41,098 nt of DNA. It comes from Conidiobolus incongruus B7586 (lineage: Eukaryota). The DNA lies in NCBI GenBank assembly GCA_000697335.1, contig JNEM01013795.1, forward strand, positions 1-41,098, given 5' to 3'. The notes under the pieces were generated by a model, which ran no database searches, was not told where the DNA came from, and was given only the letters and a program-made list of their open reading frames with translations. Position numbers and translations under genes: made by a program. Below are positions 37,523 through 41,098 of the stretch, piece after piece; the stretch's first letter is position 1; every line of letters starts with the position of its first letter.

Positions 37523-37594
37523 TCCGATATGGTCCAGTGGTTAGGATTTCTCGCTTTCACCGAGACGGCCAGGGTTCGATTCCCTGTATCGGAG
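37523..37594 (+). tRNA. tRNA-Glu (TTC), intronless
   Basis: Acceptor TCCGATA/TATCGGA, anticodon arm TCTCG-CTTTCAC-CGAGA, T arm CAGGG-TTCGATT-CCCTG; downstream T-runs. Confidence 0.96.
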
Positions 37595-38566
37595 TAGTAG
37601 AGGTTCAATATTTTCTTAAACTAACACTTTTTTATATATTTTATATACTACTTTTCTTTCTTTTTAAATTCATTTCTAAATACACTATCCATTCTGATGT
37701 TTTTAAAGATTTTGCATTTGAATTTTATATGACTAAAAATGATTTTAATACAAACTCTAATATCCTATTTGAATGTATCTAGATTACTTTTAAATGGTGA
37801 AAATCATCGATTTTTTTAATACACTAATTTTCAATTTAATTACTGAAAAGTATTAAATTATTAAAAACCAGAGATTGAGATAAAAAATTGGTATATGATA
37901 AGCAGTAGACTAGAATGATATAATCTATAAATAATAACGTTATAATATATTAAAAAGTGAACTTAAATGCAATATGCTTGTAAAGTTCCAATAAATATAT
38001 TATATAAATCAAAATTTTTGGCCCAATAAAATTTAATAATTTACAATTTAAAAAGTTGTTTAAAATTGAAGAATTTTTTAATAATCATTTTTTCACCAGT
38101 TTTATTTAGGTTTGAACATAGATCTCGAAGTTAAAGATCAAAAAAAATTATTAAATATCAAATAGTATCTAGATAATATTTCTCAACAAAGCCGGGAACA
38201 AATATAATTAGCTAGTATATGAATTGCGTAATGACTACTAGAGCCTTCTATAATTACTGTTTATTAGCAAAAATATAAACATTACAAAGCAGAATTATTT
38301 AATTATAATCTTAGATTACCAAAAGTTGTACAAAAAACTCTGATTTTAGTTGAATATTCCTAATTAATAATGCGCTATAAAGCATTATACTTTTACTGAA
38401 AGTTGGATTCAATTAATAATATTTGAACAATAATTAAAATTTATATCCTTTGATAAATATCCTGAAAGTAAAAAACAAAATATTAGATCAAAAATGAGTA
38501 AGAAATATAATTGAAATTAAACCAATTATAATAAAATAATTAATATAATCAGTGCTAATAAATATA

Positions 38567-40123
38567 TTAAGATTTAACATTAAACCAATTTTCCCAACTT
38601 GTAATTTGAATATTTCTACAATTTTGAACCCAATCGTGAATAATGCAATCGTCATCGTCTTCATCGCGCTTTTCGTGAGGAAAGGGTAATTGCATTAGAT
38701 TCCAAATGTCCTGTAACCGACCTTGGGGAATTGAATCTGGATTAAATGGAGTCTCTAGACTTTCAACGTCAATAATCAACCAATAGCTGCAATCGTCCAC
38801 ATAGGAATATTTGTGGGCGGGTAAAGACCTGAAAATTTTTCTTAATCTGGATATATCAATATTGTGGGGGATATTATGTATTAAGAAGTAATTGTTGCGT
38901 AATTCTAACTTGGGATCGGGACCTGTCAAGTTGATGGATTGACGAAGGCATTTTGATTGGTAGAGTTGATTGATATAAGGTCCCATTATCTCTTCAAATT
39001 GGCTTGCAATTGGAAATGGAAAAGGAAACGAGTAATTGGGATTGTCTTTTAAGAATTTGTCGAAAACGTAGCACCAAAGCCTGGAAAAGATTTTCCCAGT
39101 ACAAAATGCATCATATCCAGCATTATGATATGTCTTTTTTACCATTGAAGCCATTGAAGAACATATTTCTACCTTGGGACCAATATCGACAAAAGGGGAT
39201 TTCCCAACAAGCTCATTCAATCTGGTTAAATCTGTTTTACTGTTTACAAGGTCTTTTAAGTCGGGGTGAAATATACTTAGATACTTGGTATCAACAATCG
39301 AGACAAATCTTTCATGAGTTATTTCCTTCCATTCTTCGAGGGTTGGAGGGAGAGGCTCGTAAAAATGATGAATTAAAAACATTAAATCAAGATGACAATT
39401 ATGGCCAATCAAAGGCTTCCAATTATTAACCAATAGCTTCATTACTCGTTGTACATGAGTGACTGGTGGTGGGTTAGAAGCATCACAAAGATATAGTTCA
39501 ATACTTTTTGGATGTGTTACATAGCTAAAGTTGTTTCCAAGGATTGATTTAGCGTGATATAAGATTAGTTTGTTTGTATAGTGATTTCTAGAATCAAATT
39601 TCAATGGAATATGCTGGTTAGGTCCATTGAACCATTCAGTTATTTTATCAATAATATTTTTAACCCTTGCTTCATTGTGCTCTTTGGCTAATTTGAAAGA
39701 AATATATTTTGGTGGCTTTTCTAAATTCAAAGGTTGATATTGTCTAGAGTATCGAATCCCATCGGTGACCCATTTGTTTAGATCTATCCCATTTTTCACT
39801 AAAAATGCTAATGCGTCAGTACTTACCATAAAAGACTTGTTTTCGTTTTCAGGATAGAGATAGAAAGTAAAAGGATTTACTACCAAGTCTCCAGTGTTTA
39901 AGTCACTTCTAAAAGTGCATATACCGAACTGGATTGGTGCGAACGATGTAACAGCTTCCCTAATCATTTGATATCTTTCTTCTAAGTTTTGTGAAGATTG
40001 GTAATCATGTTGTGAGAAGTGAATACCCGACATTTCGAAATCAAAGCTGATATATTCTGCATTTTGAATGGAATGCCTAATTTTTGGAAAATATTGATTA
40101 AAATTATGCTTTGTAATTTCCAT
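38567..40123 (-). CDS. CAF1-family DEDD 3'-5' ribonuclease, PARN/Triman-like, intronless
   Basis: MEITKHNF start, SFDFEMSG, IQFGIC, FLVKNGIDLNKW, IGHNCHLDL, VDTKY and HNAGYDAFCTG; possible C-terminal RRM-like region. Confidence 0.9.
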   Translation of the reverse strand: MEITKHNFNQYFPKIRHSIQNAEYISFDFEMSGIHFSQHDYQSSQNLEERYQMIREAVTSFAPIQFGICTFRSDLNTGDLVVNPFTFYLYPENENKSFMVSTDALAFLVKNGIDLNKWVTDGIRYSRQYQPLNLEKPPKYISFKLAKEHNEARVKNIIDKITEWFNGPNQHIPLKFDSRNHYTNKLILYHAKSILGNNFSYVTHPKSIELYLCDASNPPPVTHVQRVMKLLVNNWKPLIGHNCHLDLMFLIHHFYEPLPPTLEEWKEITHERFVSIVDTKYLSIFHPDLKDLVNSKTDLTRLNELVGKSPFVDIGPKVEICSSMASMVKKTYHNAGYDAFCTGKIFSRLWCYVFDKFLKDNPNYSFPFPFPIASQFEEIMGPYINQLYQSKCLRQSINLTGPDPKLELRNNYFLIHNIPHNIDISRLRKIFRSLPAHKYSYVDDCSYWLIIDVESLETPFNPDSIPQGRLQDIWNLMQLPFPHEKRDEDDDDCIIHDWVQNCRNIQITSWENWFNVKS

Positions 40124-40270
40124 TACTATTCATTAAGCTTTAATTTCATTTATAGACAGTGTGACTTATATTTAATAAATTCACTATGACTCGCATTTAA
40201 AGTATTAATCTAAAATTTAATCAATTAAAATTTTATGGGATTTGATTAATTTTTTAATAAGTATATTCAT

Positions 40271-40292
40271 TATATATATATATATATATATA
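40271..40292. repeat. (TA)11 microsatellite
   Basis: Direct reading of the sequence. Confidence 0.9.
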
Positions 40293-41005
40293 TTAAATAT
40301 TGAATAAGCTTGAAAGATAATATTATATAAGAATTATGTTTTTGTTGTTATTCATTATTCAAAAATAACACAGATTTGTTAAATAATAAGATTGTAACCT
40401 AATCCAGAAAATTTCAATTTTTTATAGTATAATAATTTATTAAGTATATATTTAAATTTATTTCATATAAATTTAATAGTTTACTTATAAAACTAAAATA
40501 TTCAAAATTTGTGAAAATTTGAAGATTTTACTAAATAGATTTTAACCAATATGGCTACTAGAATAATAAAAAATTCAATATTAAAATATATAAGTATTAT
40601 ATAAATTTTATATTTAAACACTATTAATATAGAATTTAAATTATAATAAGTTTTATACTCAAAATTAAATATAATATTTGATATATAAAATACTTAAATA
40701 AATAATTTAAAATTGATATTTTCTTTAATAATTAATAATTTTTAATTTTATATTTGATAAATTTTATATATTTAAAAATTAGTTTTTTTTATTAAAAATT
40801 AAATTTGATATTTAATAAACTAATTTAATTTATAAAAATTTTCTATTTTTTAGTTTATTTTTTAATTACTAAAAGTAGATATAATTACATAAATTATAAT
40901 CTACTAGATTTACTAAATATGGTAGTTTTTTTTTCAATTTTTTAAATAAAAAATCTTTAATAGTATTAGCTTTATATAATTAAAGATTATTATACAAAAT
41001 AATAT

Positions 41006-41024
41006 CTGTCTCTTATACACATCT
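41006..41024 (+). other. Tn5/Nextera mosaic-end adapter sequence (library artefact)
   Basis: Exact 19-mer CTGTCTCTTATACACATCT. Confidence 0.97.
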
Positions 41025-41098
41025 TTAATTAAAAAATAATTTATTTTATTAAATACTAAATTTGATATTTTATATATTAGTTAAATTTTTTTTCTATA

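Noticed and set aside
41006..41024. Tn5 end as a genuine bacterial transposon or horizontal transfer
   Set aside because: It is the synthetic hyperactive mosaic end, with no transposase or second end, close to the sequence edge.

Overview
Very AT-rich eukaryotic nuclear DNA with short (~45-80 nt) GT-AG introns, most consistent with an early-diverging fungus (possibly Zoopagomycota/Entomophthorales; this is inference from gene content and style). By manual splicing I find 11 recognisable protein genes: EndoU ribonuclease (cut by the left edge and absent from the ORF track), Aurora kinase, a YIL108W-type metallopeptidase/jacalin protein lacking HExxH, GPALPP1, NDUFAF2-like, ATG29, Nma111 HtrA protease (with a 1-nt frameshift), MSS1/GTPBP3, a ~33-exon MER3/HFM1 helicase, pyrroline-5-carboxylate reductase and uridine phosphorylase, plus a PARN/CAF1-family nuclease and one doubtful small ORF. 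There are two tRNA genes (Phe-GAA, Glu-TTC). The most notable unexplained structure is a 561-bp TG...CA element flanked by a perfect 5-bp target-site duplication (CAATT) that ends 10 bp upstream of tRNA-Glu. It looks like a solo LTR of a tRNA-gene-targeting retrotransposon and carries a possible gag start inside the LTR. A Tn5/Nextera mosaic-end sequence near the right edge is a library artefact.
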